Below are positions 50,290 through 63,250 of a stretch of DNA of 64,000 nucleotides, piece after piece; the first letter of the stretch is position 1; every line of letters begins with the position of its first letter. The notes under the pieces were generated by a model. That model was not told where the DNA came from. It saw nothing but the letters and a program-made list of their open reading frames with translations, and did no database searches. The DNA lies in NCBI RefSeq assembly GCF_963921235.1, contig NC_086097.1:253210001-253274000 (forward strand), given 5' to 3'. Made by a program: the position numbers and the translations under genes. The stretch comes from Mobula hypostoma (Eukaryota).

Positions 50290-51437
50290 CAAGATAAGAG
50301 CCCATGGAATTACAGGAAAGTTACATACGTGGATAGAGCGTTGGCTGATTGGCAGGAAACAGAGAGTGGGAATAAAGGGATCCTATTCTGGTTGGCTGCC
50401 GGTTACCAGTGGTGTTCCACAGGGGTCCATATTGGGGCTGCCTCTTTTTAAGTTGTACATCAACGATTTGGGTTATGGAATAGATGGCTTTGTGGCTAAG
50501 TTTGCTGATGATACGAAGATAGGTGGAGGGGCTGGTAGTGCTGAGGAAACGGAGAGTCTGCAGAGAGACTTGGATAGATTGGAAGAATGGGCAGAGAAGT
50601 GGCAAATGAAGTACAATGTTGGAAAGTGTATGGTTATGCACTTTGGCAGAAAAAATAAATGGGCAGACAAATATTTAAATGGGGAAAGAATTCAAAATTC
50701 TGAGATGCAACGGGAATCCTTGGGTGTCCTTGTACAGGATACCCTTAAAGTTAACCTCCAGGTTGAGTCAGTAGTGAAGAAGGCGAATGCAATGTTGGCA
50801 TTCATTTCTAGAGGAATGAGTACAGGAGCAGGGATGTGATATTGAGGCTCTATAAGGCGCTGGTGAGACCTCACTTGGAGTACTGTGGGCAGTTTTGGTC
50901 TCCTTATTTAAAAAAGGATATGCTGACATTGGAAAGAGTACAGAGAAAATTCACTAGAATGATTCCGGGAATGAGAAGGTTAACATATGAGGAACGTTTG
51001 ACCGCTCTTGGACTGTATTCCTTGGAGTTTAGAAGAATGAGGGGAGACCTCATAGAAACATTTCGAATGTTAAAAGGCATGGACAGAGTGGATGTGGAAA
51101 AGTTGTTTCCCATGATGGGGGAGTCTAGTACGAGAGGACGTGACTTCAGGATTGAAGCCACTCGGAACAGAAATACGAAGAAATTTTTTTAGTCAGAGGG
51201 TGGTGAATCTATGGAATTTGTTGCCGCGGGCAGCAGTGGAGGCCAAATCATTGGGTGTATTTAAGGCAGAGATTGATAGGTATCTGAGTAGCCAGGGCAT
51301 CAAAGGTTATGGTGAGAAGGCGGGGGAGTGGGACTAAATAGGAGAAAATGGATCAGCTCATGATAAAATGGCAGAGCAGACTCGATGGGCCGAATGGCCT
51401 ACTTCTGCTCCTTTGTCTTATGGTCTTATGGTCTTAT
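50290..51437 (+). mobile_element. CR1 RT to 3' end
   Basis: SGVPQGSILG, KFADDTK and LVRPHLEY motifs; (TATGGTCT)n tail. Confidence 0.92.
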
Positions 51438-51439
51438 AG

Positions 51440-53456
51440 ATTGGTATGCATGACATGGGCATCATTAAGTCACGGCTGAAAGAAGGTTATGGCTGAGAGG
51501 TTAACATTCAAGAATACATATTGAATCGAAAGGGCAGGCAGGTAGAAAAAGGAGGTGGGTTGACTCTGCTGATAAAAAATAAACTCAAATCCTTAGAAAG
51601 AGGTGACATAGAATCAGAAGGTGCAGAGTCGTTGTGGATAGAGTTAAGTGCAAAGGTGAAAAGACCCTGTTAGGAGTTATATACAGATCTCCAAACAGTA
51701 GTCAGGATGTGGGCAACAAGTTATAATGGGAGATAGAAATGCATGTTATAAGGGCAATGTTACGATAGTCATGGGGATTTCAATGTGCAGGTAGATTGGG
51801 AAAGTCAGGTTGGTGCTGATCCCAAGAGAGAGAATTTGTAGAATGCCTAAGAGATGGCTTTTTAGAGCAGCTTGTGGTTGACCCCACAAGGGGAAAGGCT
51901 ATTCTGGATTGGGAGTTGTTCAAGAAACAGGATTTGATGAAGGAGCTTAATGTAAAAGAACTTTTTTTTTTATTAAGTGCAATCGTGAACAACAGCCAGA
52001 TCAGAAATGCTGATCAAGTCAACTAGATCCCAAAGAGAACTCTGATCGGCCAATCAGATGGTTCACTGCTGCTCAGCGATAGAACACAAAAAAATCATAT
52101 GTACATATGTACTTTTGGAAAAAGTAATCATAATATGATAGACTTCAGCCTGCAATTTGAGAGGCAGAAGCTGAAGTCCAATGTAACAGTATCACAGTGG
52201 AGTAACAAGAATTATAGAGGCAAGAGAGAGAGGAACTGGCCAAAATTTGATTAGAAGGGGACACTAGCAGTGACGATGGCAGAATGGAGTTTCTGGGAGA
52301 AATTCGGAAGGTGCAGGATAGATACATCCCAAAGAAGTATTCTAAAGGCAGGATGATGCAATCATGGCTGACAAGGGAAGTCAAAAACAGCATAAAAGCA
52401 AAAGAGAGGACATATAATAAAGCAAAAATTCGTGGGAAGCTTTTAAAAACCACAGAAAGCAACTAAAAAGTCATTAAGAAGGAAAAGATGAAATATGAAA
52501 GTAAGACAGCCGGTAATACCAAAAGTTTCTTCAGATACATAAAGCGTAAAAGAGAGGTGAGAGTGGATATCGGACCATTGGAAAATAATGCTGGAGGGGC
52601 AGTAATGAGGGACAAGGAAATGGCGGACAAACTGAATAAGCATTTTGCATCAGTCTTCACTCTGGAAGACACTAGCAGTGCACCAAATGCTGAAGTGTGT
52701 CGTGGGCAGAAGTGAGTGCAATAGCCATTACCAGAGAGAAGGTGCTTGGGAAGCTGTAAGATTTGAAGGTAGATACAGCACCTGGATTGAATGGTGAACA
52801 TCCCAGCTTTCTGAAAGAGATGATTCTGAAGACATTGGCAATGATCTTTCAAGAATCAATAGATTCTGGAATGGTTTCAGAGTCAAGTCAAGTCACTTTT
52901 TATTGTCATTTCGACCATAACTGCTGGTACAGTACACAGTAAAAACAAGACAACGTTTTTCAGGACCCTGGTGCTACATGAACAATACAAAAACTACACT
53001 GAACTACAACACTAGACTACAGACCTACCCAGAGAGGACTGGAAAATTGCAAATGTCACTCCACCCTTCAAGAAGGGAGAGAGGGTGACGAAAGGAAACT
53101 ACAGGCCAGTTAGTCTGACCTCAGTGGTTGGGAAGATGTTGGAGTTGATTGTTAAAGATGTGGTTTCAGGGTACTTGGAGGCACATGACAAAATAGGCCA
53201 TAGTCAACATGGTTTCCTCAAGAGAAAATCTTTCCTGACAAATCTGCAGGAATTCTTTGAGGAAATAACAAGCAAGATAGACAAAGGATAATCAGTAGAT
53301 GTTATGTACTTGGATTTTCAGAAGACCTTTGACAAGGTGCTGCACATGAGGTGGTTTAACAAGTTAAAAGCTGTGGTATTGCAGGAAAGGTTCTTGCATA
53401 GATAGTGAAATGGCTGATTGCCAGGAGGCAAAGAATGGGAATAAAGTGAGCCTTTT
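51440..53456 (+). mobile_element. CR1 ORF2 (APE endonuclease to RT N-terminal half), decayed, with small insertions
   Basis: KGGGL, GVIYRSP, MGDFN, WLTREVK, NYRPVSLTS and YLDFQKTFDKV motifs. Confidence 0.85.
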
Positions 53457-54373
53457 CTAGCTATATAATATGTGTCTAAGACTTTTACACAATACTGCAG
53501 CTCCAGGAATTTTCCCTCTGGAGTGAGGGAGGGTGAGAAGTAGCTTGTCGGACATGTACAAGATGATAACAGGCATGGACAAAGTGACCAGCCAGACCTT
53601 TTCAAGGGGCATAATTTGAAGGAAAGTATAGGGGGGATGTCAGAGGTAGGCTTTTTACAGATAGTGGAGGTAAAGACAGGAGCATTAGGAGCATTTAAGA
53701 TACTCTTAGATAAGTACACGGATGATCTTCAAATGGAGGGTTATATGAGAGAAAAGGGTTGGATTGATTTTAGAGTAGGTTTAAAGATCATCACAATATC
53801 GTGGGCCAAAGGGCCTGTACTGTGTTGTAGTGTTTATTGTCTAATCCATGGCAAACTATTAATCTGTCTCGATCCATTGACCTGCACCCGCACCATAGCT
53901 CACCACACCCCTCCCGTCCATGTGCCCATCCAAACTCCTATTAAACGTTGAGACCAAGCCCACATCCACCACGTCTGCCGGCAGCTGGTTCCCCACTCTC
54001 TCCACTCTCTGAGTGAAGGAGATCCCCCTCATGTTCCTTGGTTAACATTCTGGACCGAAGGGACTGTACTGTGCCGTACTGTTCTGTTTGATGCTCTACA
54101 CTCTTCATCAAAGGTACAGAAATATAAATAGCAATAATCGCTGCTGAGTTATTGATTTCTTGTTTCTGCAGCATAATAACTTGCACACACTCACCACTCT
54201 CTCTGTAAGGAAAGACCTCTACCATCCTCCCTGCGTTGTCCTTGCTATTAGCCATTTCCACCCTGGGAAGAGTCTCTGGCTGGCCACTCTCTCCATGCCT
54301 ATTATTATCTTGTACACCCCTGTCAAGTCACTTCTCACCCTCCCTCACTCCAAAGGGAAAATCCCTGGAGCTG

Positions 54374-54912
54374 CAGTACTGTGCAAAACCCTTAGGCACA
54401 TATTATATATCTAGGTTGCCTAAGGATTTTGCACAGTATTTTATTTGTCAACATGGAGCAGAGAGTGTGTTTGTAAATCTGGCGGGAGAAAAGGATGTTG
54501 GGAATGGTGAGAGAGGAGTGCCACGGGAGGGGTGTGGGACAGGAAAGGTGTGCCAGAGCTGGGGCTTTGGCATAGCTGCAGGCTCACTCAGCCCTGAGAC
54601 ACCAGGCCAGGTCATCGTATTCCAAACAATTGGTTTATTGATCATTACAGAATGTCTCTCTGGTGCTTCCTGCTCCCTCCCCTCTCCTTTCCCCTTTTCC
54701 CAACCATAACCCCTCTCTCTGCCCCTTTCCCACTCTCAGTCCACAACAGAGACCCATATCCGAATCAGGTTTATCATCAATCACATATGTCATGAAATTT
54801 GTTTATTTTTGTGGCTGCAGTGTAGTGCAATACATAAAATTACTGCAGTACTGTGCAAAAGTCTTAGTTACCCTGGCTATATATAGGTGCCTAAGACTTT
54901 TGCACAGTACTG
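54374..54912. mobile_element. Tc1-like MITE(s): two fold-back units of about 65 bp (54374-54438 and 54846-54912)
   Basis: cagtactgtgcaaaagtcttag...ctaagacttttgcacagtactg around a TA-rich spacer. Confidence 0.7.
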
Positions 54913-56575
54913 CAGGAGCTGATGGTGTGTTTTTCAGGATTATGACTGCACATCACAGTTACTTTCCACACTCTGCTCCCTTCAGTCTGTACTTGGCCTG
55001 TTTCTGGCTTTATTGCCTGATATACAAGTCAGGAGGAACTCGTGTGCTACTGTTCTCCCTCATGTGACTTTGGCTGCATTTTGAATCCGGCCGTTTTAAC
55101 AAGGGACTGTAACCAATTGTCAGAGAATGCTGGCGTCATCCCTACATGCACTTAACTTTATAGCAAGCAGATATTTATAACCTTGGTTACAAGCTTTGTG
55201 GCTCTTGTGCACACTCCCAGCACCAAAGCTTCCTAAAGCTCTCCCTGCAGAACATTATCGTTTCCTAATTAAGGGATCTTCAAAATCAGGTTTAATATCA
55301 CTGGCATATATCGTGAAATGTGTTGTTTTGTGGCAGCGGTATATTGCAATGCGTAATAAAAAATCTATAAATTAAAATAAGAAATATATAGATTAAAAAT
55401 TAAATTAAATAAGTAATGTAAAAGAGTACAAAAAAAGGAAAAGAATAGTGAAGTTGTACGTGGGTTCACTGTCCATTCAGAAATCTGATGGTGGAGAGGA
55501 CAAAGGTGCTCCTGAAACATTGAGCGTGTGTCTTCAGGCTCCTGGACCTCAGGGGTCCACAGACCCCCCGGTTAATGAAAGAGGGTAGGAATCCCTGCTG
55601 TAAATCCTGCTTGACGGGAGTAATCAGAAGATGGCATGTCCAGGGTGATGGGGGCCCCTGATGGACGCCGCCTTTTTGAAGCTCTTGAATACTTTAATTT
55701 CTGATATGAACACTGCTGGTAATGAAGAGGGTACAGTTTAAACAATCACTCAGATTTATCAAACGGAAGGAAACCAGTGGGATGGTATCCAGGAAAGAAT
55801 GTCCAGTATGTTTAAATGACTCAAGAAAGGAACAGAGAGTAAAGGAAAATGGACTCTTTCTTCACAAAGTTCAACATTTACTGCACTGAGAACTTTTCAA
55901 TACAACAGATGCTTTCAGACATGAGATTTATTTGGTTCAATGATGCCAATCAAAAACTAAACACCCTAAAGGAATGTACATATTGAACTTTTTGCTGTTG
56001 GACTCCGGCCACATTCCACCGAGATACAACACCGGGTGTCACAGGAGGTCGTTCCTGCCTGTGGCCGTCGAACTTTGCAGCTCCTCCCGTGGAGGGTCAG
56101 GCACCCTGAGCCAATAGGCTGGGCCTGGACTTATTTTCCATCTGGCATAGTTTGCACTTTGTTGTTTGATTGTTTGTGGTTTTTGTATTGCTATATTTAT
56201 GCTCTACTCTTGGTTGGTGCGGCTGTAACGAAACCCATTTTCCCTCAGGATCAATGAAGTATATCTATCTACCTGTCTATCTATCATAGAACACAGAACA
56301 CTACAGCACAGTGCAGGCACTTTGACCCACAATGTTGTGCTGACCATTTAACCTAGTCTGAGATCAATCTAACCTTTCCCTCCCACACAACCCTCCATTT
56401 TTCTATGTGCCTTTCTATCTATCCCTCAACCATCAGGCTCTTGAACCAAAGGGGATAACTTCACTCAACTCCACTTCATCTGTTCCCACAGCCAATGGAC
56501 TGACTTTCAAAGACTCTTCATCTCATGTTTTCAATATTTATTGCATATTTATTTAAGATTCAAGATACAAGATTC

Positions 56576-56578
<3 letters not shown>

Positions 56579-56613
<35 letters not shown>
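56579..56613. repeat. (TTA)n microsatellite in a LINE 3' UTR
   Basis: Seen directly in the sequence. Confidence 0.95.
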
Positions 56614-56864
56614 TCTTTCTTTTTGTATTTGCAGAGTCTGTAGTCTTTTGCACACTGGTTGAATGCCCAAGTCTGTGCAATCTTTCATTGATCCTATTAT
56701 GGTTATTATTCTATTATGGATTGATAGAGAATGCCTACGACTCAGAGTTGTATATGGTGACATGTATGTGCTTTGATGACAAATTGAACTTTTTAAGAGT
56801 TTCTTTAATGCCCCTAATGTATCTGCCTGTACTACCACCCCTGGCAGGGCGTTCCATGTGCCCA

Positions 56865-59790
56865 CCACTATCTGAGTATTGTTACCTGATTTCCCTGAAG
56901 ACTACACCTGCGAGAAGTGTACCCAACTTCAGTGCCTGAAGGAGCTGGATGTACTCAGAAGGTCTTTGACAAGGTGCCACATATGAGGCTGCTCAACAAA
57001 TCACAAGCCCGTGGTATTACAGTAAAGATACGAGCAGGGATAAGGCAGTGGCTGATTGGCAGGAAGCAAAGAATGGGAGTAAAGGGAGCCTTTTAGGCTG
57101 ACTGCCAGTGACTAGTGGTGTTGCACAGGGGTCTGTGTTGGGGCCGATTATTTTTATGTTATATGTCAACGATTTGGATGATAGAATTGATGGTTTTGTT
57201 GCAAAGTTTGCAGATGATACCAAGATAGGTGGAGGGACAGGCAGCTTTGAGAAAGTAGAGAGGCTACAGAAAGACTTAAGACAGATCAGGAGAATGGGCA
57301 AAGAAAGGGCAGATGGAATACAATGTCCGGAACTATACGGTCATGCACTTCGGTGAAAGAAATGAAAGGGTTGATTGTTTTCTAAATGGAGAAAAATTAC
57401 AAAGCACTAAGGTGCAAAGGGATTTGGGAGTCCTTGTGCAGGATTTCCCAAAGGTTAATTTACAGGTTGAGTCTGTGGTGAGGAAGGGAACTGCAGTGTT
57501 AGCATTAATTTCAAGAGGATTGGAATATAAAATCAAGGATGTAATGTTGAGACTTTATAAAGCAGTACTGAGGTCTCACTTGGAGTATTGTGAGCAGCTT
57601 TGGGCCCCTTACCTTAGAAAGGATGTGCTGAAATGAGAAAGGGTTCAAAAGAGGTTCACGAAGATGATTCTAGGATTGAACAGTTTGTCATATGAAGAGC
57701 TTTTGATAGCTCTGGGCCTGTATCCACTGGAACTCAGGAGAATTAGGGGTGAAACTTATTGAATGGTGAAAGACCTTGATAGAGTGGATGTGGAGTGGAT
57801 GTGTCCTACGGTGGGAGAGTCTAAGACCAGAGGACACAGCCACAGAATGGGGGGGGCGTCCTTTTAGAATGGAGATGAGAAGAAATTTCTTAAGCCAGAG
57901 GGTGGTGAATCTGTGGAATTCTTTGCCACAGGCAGATGTGGAGGCCAAGTCTTTATGTATATTTAAGGCAGAGGTTAATAAATTCTTGACTGGTCAGGGC
58001 ATGAAGGGATATGGGGAGAAGGCAGGAGATTGGGGCTGAGAGGAAAATTGAATCAGCCATGATGAACTGGTGGAGCAGACTCAATGGGCCAAATGGCCTA
58101 ATTCTGTGCCTATATTTTATGATCTTAGGATAGAGCAGAAGATATTATAGATGAGATTTCTGAGGTGGCTGTTACAACCAGAGTAAAGGCTTCGGACAAG
58201 AGAAGCCAGGAGTGATAAGGGAATTAGGAAGTCAGTGCAGGGTTCCCCTGTGGTCATGCAACAAGTACACCTCTTTGAACACTGCTAAGGGGATGACCCA
58301 TCAGGGCACGGCAGCAACAGCCAGGCTGGTGACGCTGTGGCCAACTCTGAGCCTCAACAGGGAAGGGTTAAGTCAGGCAGTGCAGTAGTTGGGGAACAGG
58401 AAGGAGGTTCTGTGGCCGCAGAAGAGACACCAGGATGGTATGTTACCTCCCTGGTGCTGGGTCCAAAATGTATCGGAGCTGCAGCAGGTGTCAGTACCTC
58501 CAGTTGAACTTTGTCTTTTCGTGCATTTTCCCCCTAGACGTCAGTCTGTGGTTTTGTATTGCCATGTGCTCTTGTTTGTTTTCATGCCCCATGCGCTCCT
58601 GTCCCTGCTCCTGCTCTACTCCAGCCCCTGTATTACCGAGTACTCCGTCTCTCACCTGTTTCTCATTATTATCTGTATTTGCTGCCACTTGTGTCTCATT
58701 GTGCTCCACCTATCATCTGCCTCTCTGTTTATTGTCAGTGTATTTCAGTCCTGTGTTTTCACCTCTTTGTTGCCAGATTGTGCCAGTGAATTTTCCTCAG
58801 CCTTTCCAGCATTTGTATTCTGTCTGTCTGTTGACTGTGCCTGTTTCTGGATTTCTCTGGAAGTTTTGATCTCTGTCTGAACTTTGATGCCAACTTTGTT
58901 TGCACCTCAGGATTTGTTACTCAATTAATATCAGTGTGTGCAGAGTACTGGGTGTGCGATTGGATCTCTGCTCCAGCGTCCTGACAGCAGGATATTCTCA
59001 AGGGGGAGGGTGAATAGCCAGAGGTTGTGGTGCATATTGGTACCAATGACAAGAGCAGAAAAGGGGAAGAGGTCCTACACAGTGAGTATATAGAGTTAGG
59101 GAAGAGGCTGACGAGGAGGGCCTCCAAGGTTGTAATCTCTGGATGACTCCCTGTGTTGTGGTCTATTGCAGGCAGGAATTGGATGATAGCACAGATGAAT
59201 GAGTGGCTACAGAGATGGTGCAGGGGACAGGATTTCTTGGGTCATTGGACCCTTTTCTAGAGGAGGGGTGACCTGTAAAAGAGGGACAGATTGCACCTGA
59301 ACTGAAGGGAAGCCAAAATCCTGGCCAGGAAGTTTGCTGATGCTGCATGGGAGAATTTAAACCAGTGGGGAGCTCAGGAACTGGAGCACTCGGCCAGTGG
59401 GGAAAGAGTCAGACCAGAAGGTAGGTGTCAGGGGAAGTATTGAAAGGGAAAATCAAAATAACAGGTATGATGGGTTAGACAGTTTGAAGAGTGTATATTT
59501 TAATGCTAGGAATATTATGGCTAAGGTGATGAACGTAGAGCAAGGATCAGTACATGGAACTACAATGTTGTAGCCATTACTGAAACTTGGTTGAGAGAGG
59601 GGTGGGAATGGGTGATTAATGATTTTCAAAGTTTTAGAAAAGAAAGAGCAGGAGTAAAAGAGAGGGTGAAGCTGCATGACTAATCAGGAACAATATCACA
59701 ACTGCTCTCAGGGGAGACAACATGGAGGGGTCAAACACTGAGTCTATTTGGGTAGAGCTCTCAAATAGGAATGGTGCAATCACATTGATG
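56865..59790 (+). mobile_element. CR1 ORF1 (esterase) and start of ORF2, interrupted by another CR1 (about 56958-58125) and a solo LTR
   Basis: DYTCEKCTQLQ, VCYLPGA, PEVVVHIGTND and FNARNI motifs; inserted CR1 has SGVAQGSVLGP and KFADDTK. Confidence 0.85.
58489..58986. mobile_element. Solo LTR (498 bp) with a 5-bp TSD
   Basis: Perfect inverted termini TGTCAG...CTGACA; TSD GCAGG at 58484-58488 and 58987-58991. Confidence 0.85.
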
Positions 59791-59794
59791 CTCA

Positions 59795-62700
59795 GGGTGA
59801 GGAATGTTTACTTAGAGTGCCAGGTCTTAGATGTTTCAGAAAGGACAGGGAGAGAGGCAAAAGAGGTGGGTGTGTGGCACTATTGATCAGAGATGGTGTC
59901 AGCTGCAGAAAAGGTGGACGCCATGGAGGGATTGTCTACGGAGTCACTGTGGATGGACATTAAGGAGCAGATAAGGAGACAGATTCTGAAAAGGTGGAAT
60001 AATAACAGGGCTATTGAGCTGGGAGATTTTAATTTCCCCAATATCGTTTGGCATTTCCCGAGCGCAAAGTGTTTAGATGAGGTGGAGTTTGAAGGTTTCC
60101 TGACACAATATGTAGATAAACCTGCCAGAGGAGAGGCTGTACTTGATCTGGTATTGGGAAATGAACCTGGTCAGGTGTCAGGTCTCTCAGTGGGAGAGCA
60201 TTTTGGAGATGGTGATCACAATTCTATCTCCTTTACCATAGCATTGGAGAGGGATGGGAACAGACAAGTTAGGACAGTGTTTAATTGGAGTAAGGGAAAG
60301 TATGAGGCTATCAGGCAGAAACTTGGAAGCATAAATTAGGAACAGATGTTCTCAGGAAAATGTACAGAAAAAATATGGCAAATGTTCAGGGGATATTTGT
60401 GCGGAGTTCTGCATAGGTACGTTCCAATGAGACAGGGAAAGGTTGGTAGGGTACAGGAACTGTGGTGTACAAAGGCTGTTGTAAATCTAGTCATGAAGAA
60501 AAAAGCTTACGAAAGGTTCAAAAAACCAGATAATGATAGAGATCTAGAAAAAGTATTGAGTATAAGAGTTGGAATGTTATGAGGTTGTATAAGGCATTGG
60601 TGAGGCCGAATCTAGAGTATTGTGTTCAGTTTTGGTCACCAAATTACAGGAAGGTTGAGAGTGCAGAGAAGGTTTACAAGGATGTTGCCGGGACTTGAGA
60701 AACTCAGTTACAGAGAAGGGTTGTATAGGTTGGGACTTTATTCTCTGGAGCGTAGAAGAATGAGGGGAGATTTGATAGAGGTATATAAAATTATGATGGG
60801 TATAGATAGAGTGAATGCAAGCAGGCTTTTTCCACTGAGGCAAGGGGAGAAAAAAACCAGAGGACATGGGTTAAGGGTGAGGGGGGAAAAGTTTAAAGGG
60901 AACGTTAGGGGGGGCTTCTTCACACAGAGAGTGGTGGGAGTATGGAATGAGCTGCCAGACGAGGTGGTAAATGCGGGCTCACTTTTAACATTTAAGAAAA
61001 ACTTGGATAGGTGTATGGAAGGATATGGTCCAGGTGCAGGTCAGTGGGATGAAGCAGAAAAATGGTTCGGCACAACCAAGAAGGGCCAAAAGGCCTGTTT
61101 CTGTGCTGTAATATTCTATAGTTCTACATAGAAACATAGAAAATAGGTGCAGGAGTAGTCCATTCGGCCCTTCGAGCCTGCACCGCCAATCAGTATGATC
61201 ATGGCTGATCATCCAACTCAGAACCCTGTACCAGCCTTCCCTCCATACCCCCTGATCCCTTTAGCCACAAGGGCCATATCTAACTCCCTCTTAAATATAG
61301 CCAATGAACTGGCCTCAACTATTTCCTGTGGCAGAGAATTCCACAGATTCACCACTCTCTGTGTGAAGAAGTTTTTCCTAATCTCAGTCCTAAAAGGCTT
61401 CCCCTCTATCCTCAAACTGTGACCCCTCGTTCTGGACTTCCCCAACATCGGGAACAATCTTCCTGCATCTAGCCTGTCCAATCCCTTTAGGATCTTGTAT
61501 GTTTCAATAAGATCCCCCCTCAATCTTCTAAATTCCAACAAGTATAAGCCTAGTTCATCCAGTCTTTCATCATATGAAAGTCCTGCCATCCCAGGAATCA
61601 ATCTGGTAAACCTTCTTTGTACTCCCTCTATGGCAAGGGTGTCTTTCCTCAGATTAGGGGACCAAAACTGCACACAATACTCCAGGTGTGGTCTCACCAA
61701 GGCCTTGTACATCTGCAGTAGTACCTCCCTGCTCCTGTACTTGAATCCTCTCGCTATAAATGCCAGCATACCATTCACCTTTTTCACCGCCTGCTGTACC
61801 TGCATGCCCACTTTCAATGACTGGTGTATAATGACACCCAGGTCTCGTTGCACCTCCCCTTTTCCTAATCGGCCACCATTCAGATAATAATCTGTTTTCC
61901 TATTTTTGCCACCAAAGTGGATAACCTCACATTTATCCACATTAAATTAAATTTCTATTACAAAGCTAGCAGGAAAGGGCTTAAGAATAAAATAAGGAGA
62001 GCCAGAAGAAGCCCCAAGGCATTCTACAAATATGTGAAGAGCAAGAGGATAAGACATGAAAGAATAGGACCAATCAGGTGTGACAGTGGGAAAGTGTGTA
62101 TGGAACCGGAGGAGACAGCAGAGATACTTAATGAATATATTACTTCAGTATTCACTATGGAAAAGGATCTTGGTGATTGTAGTGATGACTGAAAAGCTTG
62201 AGCATGTAGGTATTAACAACGAGGATATGCTGGAGCTTTTGGAAAGCATCAAGTTGGATAAGTCACCAGGACCAGATGAGATGTACCCCAGGCTACTGTG
62301 GGAGGCGAGGGAGGAGATTGCTGAGCCTCTGGCGATGATCTTTGCATCAGCAAAGGGGATGGGAGAGGTTCTGGAGGATTGGAGGGTTGTGGATGTTGTT
62401 CCCTTATTCAAGAAAGGGAGTAGAGATAGCCCAGGAAATTATAGAATAGTGAGTCTTACTTCAGTGGTTGGTAAGCTAATAGAGAAGATCTTGAAAGGCA
62501 GGATTTATGAACATTTGGAGAGGTGTAATATGATTAGGAATAGTCAGCATGGCTTTGTCAAAGGCAGGTCATGCCTTGCGAGCCTGATTGAATTTTTTTA
62601 AGGATGTGACTAAACACATTGATGAAGGTAGAGCAGTAGATGTAGTGTATATGGATTTCAGCAAGGCATTTGATAAGGTATCCCATGCAAGGCTTATTGA

Positions 62701-63250
62701 GAAAGTAAGGAGGCATGGCATCCAAGGGGACATTGCTTTGTAGATCCAGAACTGGCTTGCCCACAGAAGGCAAAGAGTGGTTGTAGATGGGTCATATTCT
62801 GCATGGAGACAGTGACCAGTGGTGTGCCTCAGGGATCTGTTCTGGGACCCATACTCTTTGTGATTTTTATAAATGACCCAGATGATGAAGTGGAGGGATG
62901 GGTTAGTAAATTTGCTGATGACACAAAGGTTGGGGGTGCTGTGGATAGTGTGGAGGGCTGTCAGAGGTTACAGCAGGACATTGATAGGATGCAAAACTGG
63001 GCTGAGAAGTGGCAGATGGAGTTCAACCCAGATAAGTGTGAGGTGGTTCATTTCAGTAGATCAAATATGATGGCAGAAAATAATGTTAATGTTAATGTTA
63101 AGACTCTTGGCAGTGTGGAGGATCAGAGGGATCTTGGAGTCCGAATCCATAGGACACTCAAAGCTGCTGCGCAGGTTGACTCTGTGGTTAAAAAGGCATA
63201 CGGTGCATTGGCCTTCATCAACCGTGGGATTGAGTTTAAGAGCCGAGAGT
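59795..63250 (+). mobile_element. CR1 ORF2 host element with two nested CR1 3' ends (plus strand about 60552-61127; minus strand about 61128-61947)
   Basis: LGDFNFP, GDGDHNSI | KSPGPDEMYP, QHGFVKGRSC, SGVPQGSVLGP and KFADDTK; host frame resumes at about 61955. Confidence 0.9.
61128..61947 (-). mobile_element. Young CR1 3' end, same subfamily as 44349-46468
   Basis: Open 240-aa frame 61218-61940; nearly identical to 44349-45178. Confidence 0.95.
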
